Shown here: positions 25,215 through 37,182 of the stretch, piece after piece | Numbering within the stretch: position 1 is the first letter of the stretch | How the letters are laid out: each line of letters starts with the position of its first letter | Source of the DNA: Amphiscolops sp. MND2022 | Lineage: Eukaryota | Reading direction: 5' to 3' | Length of the DNA stretch: 64,000 nt | Assembly: GCA_964187785.1 (NCBI GenBank) | Contig: OZ076409.1 | Location: 64,730,001 to 64,794,000, forward strand | Program-made: the position numbers and the translations under genes | The notes under the pieces: generated by a model | The model's input: the letters and a program-made list of their open reading frames with translations, nothing else | Databases searched by the model: none | What the model was told of the DNA's origin: nothing

Positions 25215-26355
25215 CAAGAACACAGTACGGTTGTTGTGTAGGTTGAAAATTGAATGTCAAGAAGTGGGAATGAGCAGAAAAAGTGGCACTTTCATATCCA
25301 TTGACTTCTTAGGAGTTAGAAGCTAATTCATTAAACTGATTGAACGTATTTTGAAAAACCCAAAAGTCAACATAGATATCGGTAATCTGAGAAGCCAACA
25401 CTTCGGAGCCAAAGATGGACTCACAAAAGGTAGTGTGTTATTACAAATTCTGTTCATTTTTTTCGTTTCCGACATGTCCAAAAACCTCAACTGTAAGAAG
25501 TTCAAATTCGCTAGCGATGGAACCGAGACACTGGAACTCAACTCTATCTGAACTGTCAAATTATTCTCAATCAACTGGAACGGTGGTGCAAAAAATGGAG
25601 GATTTCAGTCAATAGTGACAAGATATCAATAACCTACCTCAACACTGAGAAAACGCACGCCCCGAAATTTTTGGCGAGGACTGCAAGGTCACCAGAAACA
25701 CAAGAATCCTGGGTTTGAATGTGGACAACAAACTGAATTTCAACGAACATCTACAGCAAGTAGAAGGAAAAGTTGCTAAACAGCTGAACATATATGAAAA
25801 GTATTGCGACTCTAATTGGGGTCTAAAGCAATCAACGCTCATAAAGTTTTACAAAATTCAAGTGCTCCCCGATTTCTATATGCGGCCCCTGTGTGGGCCA
25901 GGAAACAAGTTCAAGCACTTAACCGAATCCAATACACTGCAATCAAACTTATCATAAGTACAAGTACGAAATTCGACCAGTTGACAGCAGAAATACTGTG
26001 CGGTCTCCCGCCTATGCAATTACAAATTGACATTATCATTATTAAATTTGGAATCATGCTTTCTCAACAGCAGGACATTTTGTAGAAACTGTATCGGAAA
26101 TGGCCTTTGCCAGAAGTAAAAGGTAATGAAAACATCATTGACGCTTTTTATAAAGACACAGGGGCGACAAATTGTTACACGGTGTCAACTTGCTATGAGT
26201 ACTTTAGAAGTTGATGGAACAGAATAATCAAGAACGCGCTCACGACTACCCCACTGGACGGTTCAATCATTCAAACTGAATTGGAAGGAATTGCCTATCT
26301 AAAAACGACAAGTAGTCATCTAGAAAGAACTATCAAACTCCTTTTGAAACGCAAA

Positions 26356-29300
26356 GTTGGAGAACAAGACGTTTCGGCGACACTATGGTGGCGGACTTTT
26401 CGACGACAAAAGTGTCGCTGAAACGTCTCCTCATAGATACGTTTGCTACTTTGTTGCCCAAACGTCCTCAAAATTATTTTTGTTTTACTGTTTTTATATT
26501 TTTTTTATCACAAAACTCAAAATTATGTATTTCAGATGATGGAAAATGGCATGAAACCATTGTTCGTTTTCGAGGAATATTATCCAAGCAGTAGCGAGGA
26601 GGACCAGACGGAAAGTGCTCCAACAACCAAATGTTTTTGCCCAGTTATAAGATCCGGCTCCGCGCACAATCACGGAACCCGAAGATATTAAGTACGAAAT
26701 TCTGGAACATGGTACTAAAAGGCGATCTGATATGTTAACATCCAGTGACGGGTAGTGTTATACGAAGCTGCGCCATAATGAATCTGGTCAGAAAATGTAT
26801 TGGCGTTGTGCAGCAAGGAGCGCAAAATGTTTTTGCAAGGCAACAATTGTGCAGGACGGAAATGAACTTTAGCAAGGACCAAGTCCGCACAGTCACCCAC
26901 CTGATTTTGAACTAGCATCAAACACTATTGTGTATTGTTCAAGTCAAGTCAGAGGAAAGCGGAACGTCTTTGAGCCAGCCGGATCCATTGCCGAGTCTGC
27001 AATAGCGAAGGAAAATATAACATCAACTACACCATCAGCATTAGTTCGAGCCATCAATCGAGCACGTCAAAGCGACCATTAGGAAGAACCAACAGAATTG
27101 TTTTTCAAGTTAAACGAAGAGCACTTTGCTTTTGCTGGCTTTTTGCTGGCGGATATGAATGTTCGGGGTCAACGACATTTCATATTTGCGACTCCTGAGC
27201 AATCAGATCTACTGGGATCTGCTCAACATTTATATGTAAATGGGATATTTATGATCGTACGCAAGCCCTTCATCCAACTTTGGAATATCAATGCTTTTAT
27301 CGCAAGTGGTAGCAAGTTTATACAAGTTCCAATGCTGAATGATCTAATTTCCAGCTGTCGCAAATCCGATTTTGTGGCAATTCTGCGGAAAACAAATGAT
27401 TTGGTACCTGGATTTTCTCCGCTGGAGAATATTGCCGACTTTGAAGCGGCATTATGGACTGCTTCTCGTGTTGTATACCCTAGCATTCAAATGAAATGTT
27501 GTGCGTTTCACCTTTGTCAGGCTATTTATCGAAAAATTACAGATCTTGGTTTGGGAATTCGTTGTCGGAATAATACTCGCACACAGGTTATACGTCAGAA
27601 ATTATTGAGCCTAATATTTGTCCCTGTTGTGTGCGTTTAAGTCGAGTTTAAAACTTTATGGAAACACTTTATTCCTGATCCACATTTTATGCTTTGTTTG
27701 AATACTTAAATAGTTCCTAGTTATCGCATCCTGTTTGGAGTACTACTAATACTACTGAAAGACCTAAATCCTTTGTAATAAAAGGCCTGTGCTGAAAAGG
27801 CGGTATAAAAGTTTTTTACATGGTAAAAAGTAAAATTTCAAGCACGACAGATGCTACAAGAGCACTTAATAAACCAAGTGCATGGAACGATTCATGTCGA
27901 AGGAAAACACTCGATTATGAAGGTAAAAAGAAAGGTCCCTTCTGAATCAGTTGAAGTTATCGAAGACAGATATATTGATTGCTGATAGGTAGCTAGAGTA
28001 GCAGCAGATTCTCTGGAAGTAAGATTCCTGGGTTTTTAATTTGTGACAGGGCTTTACTGGAGAAAGATGGATGAATTTGGAGCTTCTGAGATCTTTAGCA
28101 GGATGGCTAAAACATATAAAGTCTTTAATATTTAGGTCATATTTGCCATGGATGGTCTTATTAGGGAAAAGCATGTCTTGGAAAACAAGATAAAACAACA
28201 TTGGAAGCGTGTATGTTGCAGCAAATTGATCAAGATAGCTTGATAAACCAGTAACCCATTTCAGGCAATTCATGTTGACTAATCCCATTTTACGTCTGTA
28301 AATCAATGAAGGGTACCATATTTGGGAACCAAATAGCAAGACACTCAGTACACACAGACGATAGTAAAGTAGCTTTGTACGGGTACAAACATTTCGAGGC
28401 AGGTTTCGTTTCAAAAACTGGAAAGCCTTCCTAGCTGCAATTAATTTAGTTTGAATATGCTTGTCCCAGAATAAGGTGTCAGAAACCATGATACCCAAGT
28501 CTTTGATAGTATTTACAACTTGTAGTTCGTTGCCATCCAGGAAGAACGGGCCTATTGGTTCTCTATTTTTGAAGTTGACGTTGCTTTTGTCAATATTGAC
28601 TCTCATTAGGTTTTCGCCCGACCAGTAAAGAAAACCGATGATATCATGCTGCATATCAGAAGTTATCAAGACTGAGTGAAGTTTACTGTCATCGGCAAAC
28701 AAGTAACTCGAGGATGTTTTCACTGTTTTGGGTAGATCGTTTATGAAAATAAGAAATAGAAGGGCGCCGAGCACGCTCCCCTGAGGAACACCACTTGTAA
28801 TTTTTGCAGAATCAAAAAGACACCCATTTACGTATACCTTTTGAGATCTTTGATTTAGATAGTATTTGAAAAACACCAAGAAATCGGAGACAAAATTTAA
28901 AGAAGTCTATTTCTGTAGGAGTTTGTGATGAGAGACCCGGTCAAAGGCTTTGAAAAAACCAAAATAGACTGACAAGCTGGGTCCATTTACATCAAGTTGA
29001 AGATACAATTGGTCAAGATAAGGAAGTAATTGCGTAACTGTTGGTCGATTTTTAAAAAAACCAAGTTGTTGGTCACAAATCAATGATCGTATTTGGGGAT
29101 AAATGAAACGAATAATATTTTTTTCAAGAATTAGGGATAATTGAGGCAAATTGCTAACTAGACAATAACTTTCCACATTTTCGGGATTACCAGATTTGAG
29201 AATTGGCTTTATGGTAGAACATTTCCAGAAATCAGGCCACTGTTTTGATTTGATATTGGTAATAAAAAGCTGTGTGACAAGAGGTGCTAGTAGCCCAGGA

Positions 29301-31139
29301 CAGGAGCTAAAAACGAACGTGGGAATTGAACCAGAGTTCGAACAATTCGAGGATGCACTGGAAAGTAATGCTTCAACCATCGAAATTTCGACTGTCATAT
29401 CCTGCAGAAACACTAGCGGATTTTCAGCTATTGGTAAGACTGTTGAGTTGCTTGTTTGGTATACAGAGCTGAAGTAGGAATTGAAGAGGTTAGCGATCTG
29501 AATATTGGTGCTAGCTTTGATATGTTTCCAATGCATCTGGTTAGGAAAATGATTAGGAGAGAATGAGCGCAGGTACTTGAAGCAAGAGCGAATCGAATTG
29601 GGTGATGGACTGTCAATCAAGACAGCTTTGTCCAGTTCGATAGAATTTTGTATGTCGTCCTTCAACTTCTTTTGATATGTTGCTTCATAATTAATTTGGC
29701 AGCTGTGCGGAGCTTAATAATCAAATTTATAGAATGAGAGGAATAGAAATATGGCAACTCAGGTCTCCTGTTAGTTTTGCGATGACAGGATGCATTGATT
29801 GCATTCATAAGCACTTGATACCAGAAGGCAACATAAAAATCAAAAGAGAATTGAAGAAAACTGGAGTTAGGAAAGATCAGAAGATCATAGTAGCGAGAAG
29901 TCAGATTTTGATTGAAGCAGTGAGTGGAGAAAGAAGAAGCTAAATACTTTGATGTTGTTTGAGCACTTTGGTTGGACAAAGGCTTAGGTAAGGAAAACCA
30001 TGCAAAAACAGCAAAGTGATCCGAGTACAGACTATCATCCACACAAACTGTAAAAAGTTCTGGAGTTGAAGTCAATATGAAATCGAGTATGCTTCCGGAC
30101 TTGTAAGTGGTTCGAGAACAAGTGGCAGAAGATTTAAACTTTCGACTTTTTCCAATATTGCTTTAGAGTAATCAGAGTGTGCAGTAATTGTTGCCCAACA
30201 GACGTCCACCAAGTTAATGTCCCCAAGGATTGTGAAAGAATTCGAAGTTACAAGATCGTCGTTGAAGTATGAGGAAATGCAGTCTATTCGTGAATCGGCT
30301 TGAATACGGTAAGGAGAATTTGTGGGCGGGTTATAAATCAGCAGAAACATGTGAGAGCTGTATTCGTCAAATAAGTAGATGGCAGTTGAGTAATCGTTTA
30401 GCTTTGAAACTTCTGAATGGTTGAACTGAAATTCTTTTTTGGTAGCTATCAAAACCCAACCATGTTCCCCAGTTAATCGATCTTGTTTGGAGATTGTTGT
30501 ATAATTGCTTTTTAGTGGAAAAAATTCAGAATCCTTAAGTATTTTTGATATTATTATTTATGACAGCCCCATACGAACCAACAATGATAGCGAAGGATAT
30601 CACAGACGTTTTAATTCAAAAGCTGGGGGACGCAACTCAGTGCAGTTTTACTTTTTGATACAGCTTCTTGCTGGAGAAGCAAAGTTGGTTACGATAACGG
30701 CGGAATTGTTGACGAAAGGACATGTGTACCGATATCAACGTAAAGAATCGAAAGAAGTTCAAGCTGGTATCATCACTTTGTGGAGATCCTATAAGGAAGT
30801 TTCCAATACAGCTACTCAGTTATTGAAAGACATTTCGTTCTGTATACATCGATTTGTTATTTTTGACAGTAATTTGTTATTTTTGATTTTGTTGATAATT
30901 GTTGATGTTTGTTGATGATGATTTGTTGATGTTCGATAATTTTGTTGATATCCATTCTTTACGAGTTTTAATACATTCCATCCTCTTAACATAATCCAAT
31001 AGTAATTCGTATTTAGTTTTAGTTTTTATGTTTTAGAGGACGTTCCGGCAACAAATACGTTTCGGCGACACTTTTGTCGCCGAAATGACCGCCGCCATTT
31101 TGTCGCCGGAACGTCTGTCACCGAAACGTCCAGAATCCC
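26356..31139 (+). mobile_element. Decayed Mutator-like (MULE) DNA transposon interrupted by a LINE
   Basis: Transposase motifs ADFEAAL and CAFHLCQ (27098-27640), and RTNNDSEGYH after 30550. Inverted GACGTTTCGGCGACA-type arrays at ~26363-26470 and ~31040-31139. Possible TSD AACGCAAA/AACGCAGA. Confidence 0.8.
27741..30550 (-). mobile_element. 5'-truncated, frameshifted CR1/L2-group LINE (LINE-B), related to the intact LINE
   Basis: APE motifs IYNPP, LGDIN, SDH and RT motifs FKAFDRV, GVPQGSVLG, LFADD in broken ORFs. Microsatellite tail at 27741-27756. Confidence 0.88.
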
Positions 31140-31319
31140 AACGCAGAATATGCGTACCAAATTTGGCCAGCGGAGAGTCTGCTCTGCCCTTGTCGAGTAG
31201 ATACAGAATTAGTCCTGTACTACTTATTCTTTTGCCCGCTGTACGAGCAGTTTCGTGCGCCCGAACTTGCTACAGGAAATATCTATTCACTTACCTGTAC
31301 CACGAACCTGATGAATTTC

Positions 31320-32231
31320 GGGTGGGCGGAAATAGATCGAAGGAACGGGATCGAAAATCAGAGTTAGTCCTCAGGTCGCCATACCAAATTTTTGAATGGG
31401 ATCGAAACAACTCGGATCGAAATTTTTATAACTTAGTCTGAGATGTTCACATGATAAATGGTCACTTGACTTAATGCCATTTGGCTTAGTCATTTGGCTT
31501 AATACAATTGGTCACTTGGCTTACTTTTTTTAAGCTAAGTGTCTCGGGTATTGGTTACTTGGCTTCAAGTCATTTGACTTAAAACCACTTAGTTGAAAAC
31601 ACGTGGCAGATTTTGTCGAATTTCACTTCATAACGTAGTCAGCGTATTATTATAACATGTCATATCAAGTACCCCTCGGATAAGTCCCCATTTCCTCTAG
31701 TGCCCTGCGTCCCCTCGGGGCCGCTTGTATTCCCATCTTGCTAAGCGAGGTCAAACAGGAGCAAAGACCTAGCGGGAACGAAGATCGCGAAGCGATCGTA
31801 GTGGGAGCTGGTCTTTGCGAAGGTGAGGGCGAGCGTGCATACACCGCATATGCCCCACATTATGATATTTCCGGGAGTTGACATATTTATTCCTTGAGTT
31901 GGAATGGAGTTGGCCTAATTTTGTGGTCACTTGGCTTAAAATTTTTAAGCCAAATGACTCGACGAAAAAATTAAGCCAAATGGTATCAAGCCAAGTGACT
32001 GGTAACCGTTCACATACCCCTAGGGCCCTGAATGCAGGAGTGAAGCGAATCGGAGCGACGTGCCATATGGTCATGCCTCAACGTTGCTACTTGGCGAAGG
32101 GAGCGAAGCGAGCGAGCCATACAACAAATACGATAAAATTCGACCGCATTCCATTCGATCCCTGCAATTCGATCAAAAGGTTCGACCTTTTTCCTTTCGA
32201 CCAGAAAAATTCGACCTATTTACAGCCACCC
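31320..32231. mobile_element. Non-autonomous Mutator-like MITE inserted in the 3' end of LINE-A
   Basis: TIRs GGGTGGGCGGAAATAGATCGAA / TTCGACCTATTTACAGCCACCC. 9-bp TSD ATGAATTTC / ATAAATTTC. Confidence 0.75.
31453..32007. mobile_element. MITE with GTCAYTTGGCTTAA terminal arrays, carrying cassette A
   Basis: Inverted TTGGCTTAA/TTAAGCCAA arrays; perfect 8-bp TSD GTTCACAT at 31445-31452 and 32008-32015. Confidence 0.85.
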
Positions 32232-32424
32232 ATAAATTTCATCATAGATTCTGGACGCTTCGAAAGTAGAACAGAAAAGAAACGGCACTTTCAACAGAGT
32301 ACTCTACTGCTGAAGGCTCAATTTCTTAGGCTATGACTAACAGACTTTCAACTTTTACTTTATTTACACTAAAACATAGTTGCTAGATTAACCCGCAAAT
32401 TAGGGGCTGTGTAGTTTATATATA

Positions 32425-32850
32425 GGTAAATGGTCACTTGGCTTAATGCCATTTGGCTTAAAGTCATTTGGCTTAATCTAATTGGTCACTTGGCCTAATT
32501 TTTTTAAGCTAAGTGTCTCGGGTATTGGTTACTTGGCTTCAAGTCATTTGACTTAAAACCACTTGGTTGAAAACACGTGGCAGATTTTGTCGAATTTCAC
32601 TTCATAACGTAGTCAGCGTATTATTATAACATGTCATATCAAGTACCCCTCGGGTATGTCCCCATTTCCTCTAGTGCCCTGCGGCCCCTCGGGGCCGCTT
32701 ATATTCCCATCTTGCTAAGCGAGGTCAAACAGGAGCAAAGACCTGGCGGGAACGGAGATCGCGAAGCGATCGTAGTGGGTGCTGGTCTTTGCGAAGGTGA
32801 GGGCGAGCGTGCCCACGCTGGATATGCCCCACATTTCAGTTTTCTTATTC
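32425..32850. mobile_element. Truncated second copy of the TTGGCTTAA MITE with cassette A
   Basis: Near-identical to 31453-31860; right TIR missing. Confidence 0.75.
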
Positions 32851-33003
32851 CTTTAGATCCTAGGCAGTGGAGCTCTCAGGATCTTGTGTCAAGGATGTCC
32901 AGTTTGTAGATATTAATGATTCAGATTGTAGGAGCACCTAGGACCAGTTTGTAGAATTCTACAAACTGGTATTTTACAAACTGGACCTATTTCGAAAGAA
33001 CAC

Positions 33004-33330
33004 TTGCTCCTACACGAAGCATCAATCTCGAAAGTACACGTTTTGATGGTCAAACTCAGAACTTTGAAAGTGGCTGCAAAACTGCGACAATTTACTCATC
33101 TCAAGCCAGTATTGTATAAGATAACCCGTTGGAACAGTGTTCATACCATGATTTCGAGGTATTTAGAATTAATTCACGGATTGTTGAATACAAGCATTTT
33201 GAGACTGGTGTTGGCAATATTTTGGAAGGTAAAGATGAAGCTTTGACAGTGTCAGAAATCATTCAATGTACGGTGCTCAGAAGGAATGAAAGTGATGGAA
33301 ATGATGAAATGGACACGATCCGAATACAAG
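33004..33330 (+). mobile_element. hAT transposase remnant
   Basis: LKPVLYKITRWNSVHTMISRYL matches the TRWNS motif of hAT transposases; frameshifted. Confidence 0.6.
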
Positions 33331-33980
33331 GCGGCGATTTCGCCAATGGACTCTGGGGTCAACGCTTCACACTCTGGGGTCATATTTTTTCGTTGTCAAA
33401 ATCTTTAATCCATTGACCAAATCATCAGAACAGCTTGACGATCTGCAAAAATATCACTGAGTCTTGTTTATATATAGAAAGTCTCAATCAGCCCCTATAT
33501 GAGGGGGATGTTTATCACATGATAAGCAGTTGTGTTTTGTCAGACAACGAGTGTCTGAAATGCTAAAATATCGATCGAGAAAACTCAATGTTGAAAGTAG
33601 TGTCGGTCGGCTATTTTAGTGGGGAGACTTCGAATATGAGAAAGAAATACCATGTGTTCGTATTCCAGCAGCTTGGAATTGGGAAAGAATTATCATGTGT
33701 TCGTACTCTTTGACCAGTTTTGAAACTGGGAAAGAAAACCATCTGGAGATAAAATAGAAAAACTAAGAATTTTCCCGGGATTTTTTCAGGAAGGTTTGTT
33801 TCTAACTTAATTCTCTTGGTTGTTAGAATTGGTTGGAATCGAAAGTTCGCAAAATCGTTTGCTGATTGATTCTCTTTTGTTTCCTTTCAGTCGTGGTCTT
33901 GTATTTTGAATGTATTCAAGCGTGATGCAGCATTATCAAGTTTCAGAATTCTGAAGTCATGAAATCTTTTCAGGAATGAC

Positions 33981-34718
33981 ATGTCGAAAATATCATCTTA
34001 TCGCTGCATAGAGTGTGGTGTACGGGTCAACGATTTGTTCATGAAGGGCGCAATGGTCGAGGAACTCAAACCAATTACTTGCAAGCAGTGCAACAGTCTC
34101 GTGGATCAATATGTCGAGTTTGACTCAATATTAGTAGTTCTTGATCTGATGCTTCTGAAAAGGCGCGCTTTCAGCCATGTCCTTTTCAACATTCCCATGA
34201 AAGCGGGTGTCCTTAAGTTATGGGTAATGATGTTGTTTGCCCATGCCTATTACAAGTGGTGGCGAATGCAGGAAGCTGAGAGTCTTTCAGACGTAGGAAA
34301 AAATAGTGAAACGAGAACTAAAACTGATTATAGTAGGCTTGAACTTCAATTTTATGCGCTTTTGCTGCAAAAATTGATTGAAGACGTATTTTATTATGCA
34401 ATAATGGCAGCTTCGGCATCTGCATTAATCAAATGTTCCGTTCTTCACGTTGATTTGACAACATACCTGAAATCTTTGTTGTTTGGGAAGTTCGCCAGAC
34501 TATATGTCTTCGGTGTCTACATTTGGTCTTCTCCGGCGGAGTTATCAATGTGTATATTACTTCTTGAGACATATGTACTTGTTTGTAGATATATTTTCAT
34601 CGCTTGTTGCTGGACTTCGAATAGAATCCAGATGAAATCAATTATCCTATTGTGCATTAGTGTTGCTTTTGAGTACTTTCTTGATAAAAATTTGAAGTTG
34701 TATTCCTTGATTATATGA
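33981..34718 (+). CDS. ARV1: Protein ARV1 (ER sterol/lipid homeostasis and GPI-related membrane protein), 245 aa
   Basis: Arv1 homology domain YRCIECG...CKQC...DQYVEFDSILVVLDLMLLKRRAFSHVLFN followed by hydrophobic TM segments. Probable 5'UTR intron at 33794-33890. Confidence 0.9.
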   Translation: MSKISSYRCIECGVRVNDLFMKGAMVEELKPITCKQCNSLVDQYVEFDSILVVLDLMLLKRRAFSHVLFNIPMKAGVLKLWVMMLFAHAYYKWWRMQEAESLSDVGKNSETRTKTDYSRLELQFYALLLQKLIEDVFYYAIMAASASALIKCSVLHVDLTTYLKSLLFGKFARLYVFGVYIWSSPAELSMCILLLETYVLVCRYIFIACCWTSNRIQMKSIILLCISVAFEYFLDKNLKLYSLII

Positions 34719-35818
34719 CATTTTCTTTCCTTTGATTTAGTATTGTTTTACATTGATTCAAGTCCTTCCTTATATGCAAACACGAAATTAAATGACTTTC
34801 AGATCATTTTTTACTGATATTCGGCCTGGTTCAACAGATATGAACAAAACATCAAGAAACATCGATAATTTACTCAACTTTACTTGAATACTATAAAATT
34901 TTATTCCATTGTACGGTGTGAACTGCTAGCCCAATGTTGGTGGATCAGATAGTGGAATTTTTGGGCATCAAATAACTGGTGGAAAATTTTGCCGATTATC
35001 TGATTGACTCTTGTCGATGATTAGGATAATCGTTTTTCACTGAGATGATGAACTCGCTGATTTTTTGAGTAAATGTTTACAGCATATTTTTATTTTCCGC
35101 CCATATTTCATATGGGAAAGGAATTATTTAAATCAAACGGTTTTTTTCTACAAAATTTGCCAAGCACCAAATTTATATTTAACTTTAAGGGTGTTACCCA
35201 TAGAATTCAACTCACATAAAGCTTCGTGCGATTTGTTTTTGTGGAGATTTCTGGACTTTTTTAAGTTGACCCCAAAATGAGAAAATTTCTATTTTTTAAC
35301 GTTTTGAGGCAGTTTTTGTCAGTTTTTTTGATAGTTATCGTATATTTACACTTGCGATAAGCAGTTGTGTTTTGTCAGACAACGAGTGTCTGAAATGCTA
35401 AAATATCGATCGAGAAAACTCAATGTTGAAAGTAGTGTCGGTCGGCTATTTTAGTGGGGAGACTTCGAATATGAGAAAGAAATACCATGTGTTCGTATTC
35501 CAGCAGCTTGGAATTGGGAAAGAATTATCATGTGTTCGTACTCTTTGACCAGTTTTGAAACTGGGAAAGAAAACCATCTGGAGATAAAATAGAAAAACTA
35601 AGAATTTTCCCGGGATTTTTTCAGGAAGGTTTGTTTCTAACTTAATTCTCTTGGTTGTTAGAATTGGTTGGAATCGAAAGTTCGCAAAATCGTTTGCTGA
35701 TTGATTCTCTTTTTTTGTTTCCTTTCAGTCGTGGTCTTGTATTTTGAATGTATTCAAGCGTGATGCAGCATTATCAAGTTTCAGAATTCTGAAGTCATGA
35801 AATCTTTTCAGGAATGAC

Positions 35819-36556
35819 ATGTCGAAAATATCATCTTATCGCTGCATAGAGTGTGGTGTACGGGTCAACGATTTGTTCATGAAGGGCGCAATGGTCGAGG
35901 AACTCAAACCAATTACTTGAAAGCAGTGCAACAGTCTCGTGGATCAATATGTCGAGTTTGACTCAATATTAGTAGTTCTTGATCTGATGCTTCTGAAAAG
36001 GCGCGCTTTCAGCCATGTCCTTTTCAACATTCCCATGAAAGCGGGTGTCCTTAAGTTATGGGTAATGATGTTGTTTGCCCATGCCTATTACAAGTGGTGG
36101 CGAATGCAGGAAGCTGAGAGTCTTTCAGACGTAGGAAAAAATAGTGAAACGAGAACTAAAACTGATTATAGTAGGCTTGAACTTCAATTTTATGCGCTTT
36201 TGCTGCAAAAATTGATTGAAGACGTATTTTATTATGCAATAATGGCAGCTTCGGCATCTGCATTAATCAAATGTTCCGTTCTTCACGTTGATTTGACAAT
36301 ATACCTGAAATCTTTGTTGTTTGGGAAGTTCGCCAGACTATATGTCTTCGGTGTCTACATTTGGTCTTCTCCGGCGGAGTTATCAATGTGTATATTACTT
36401 CTTGAGACATATGTACTTGTTTGTAGATATATTTTCATCGCTTGTTGCTGGACTTCGAATAGAATCCAGATGAAATCAATTATCCTATTGTGCATTAGTG
36501 TTGCTTTTGAGTACTTTCTTGATAAAAATTTGAAGTTGTATTCCTTGATTATATGA
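35819..36556 (+). pseudogene. ARV1: ARV1 duplicate with premature stop (Cys34 TGC>TGA)
   Basis: Near-identical to copy 1, but has TGA at 35918-35920 plus one Thr>Ile change. Confidence 0.85.
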
Positions 36557-37182
36557 CATTTTCTTTCCTTTGATTTAGTATTGTTTTACATTGATTCAAG
36601 TCCTTCCTTATATGCAAACACGAAATTAAATGACTTTTAGATCATTTTTTACTGATATTCGGCCTGGTTCAACAGATATGAACAAAACATCAAGAAACAT
36701 CGATAATTTACTCAACTTTACTTGAATACTATAAAATTTTATTCCATTGTACGGTGTGAACTGCTAGCCCAATGTTGGTGGATCAGATAGTGGAATTTTT
36801 GGGCATCAAATAACTGGTGGAAAATTTTGCCGATTATCTGATTGACTCTTGTCGATGATTAGGATAATCGTTTTTCACTGAGATGATGAACTCGCTGATT
36901 TTTTGAGTAAATGTTTACAGCATATTTTTATTTTCCGCCCATATTTCATATGGGAAAGGAATTATTTAAATCAAACGGTTTTTTTTACAAAATTTGCCAA
37001 GCACCAAATTTATATTTAACTTTAAGGGTGTTACCCATAGAATTCAACTCACATAAAGCTTCGTGCGATTTGTTTTTGTGGAGATTTCTGGACTTTTTTA
37101 AGTTGACCCCAAAATGAGAAAATTTCTATTTTTTAACGTTTTGAGGCAGTCTTTGTCAGTTTTTTTGATAGTTATCGTATAT

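Larger units (their letters stand above)
22260..32424 (+). mobile_element. Decayed I/Jockey-group LINE (LINE-A), split into 22260-26355, 31140-31319 and 32232-32424 by nested insertions
   Basis: ORF1 zinc knuckles CFKCQKFG and CVNCLEQH. APE motifs ILTET, GAVYIPP, PTF, DH. RT motifs GSVL, FASDG, LYAAPVW. C-terminal CPC...FCP after 31140 and INFIIDSGRF after 32232. TA-rich tail at ~32415-32424. Confidence 0.8.

Noticed and set aside
35939..36556. 205-aa ORF as an independent intact gene
   Set aside because: It starts at a GTG downstream of the nonsense codon; it is the remainder of the ARV1 duplicate.
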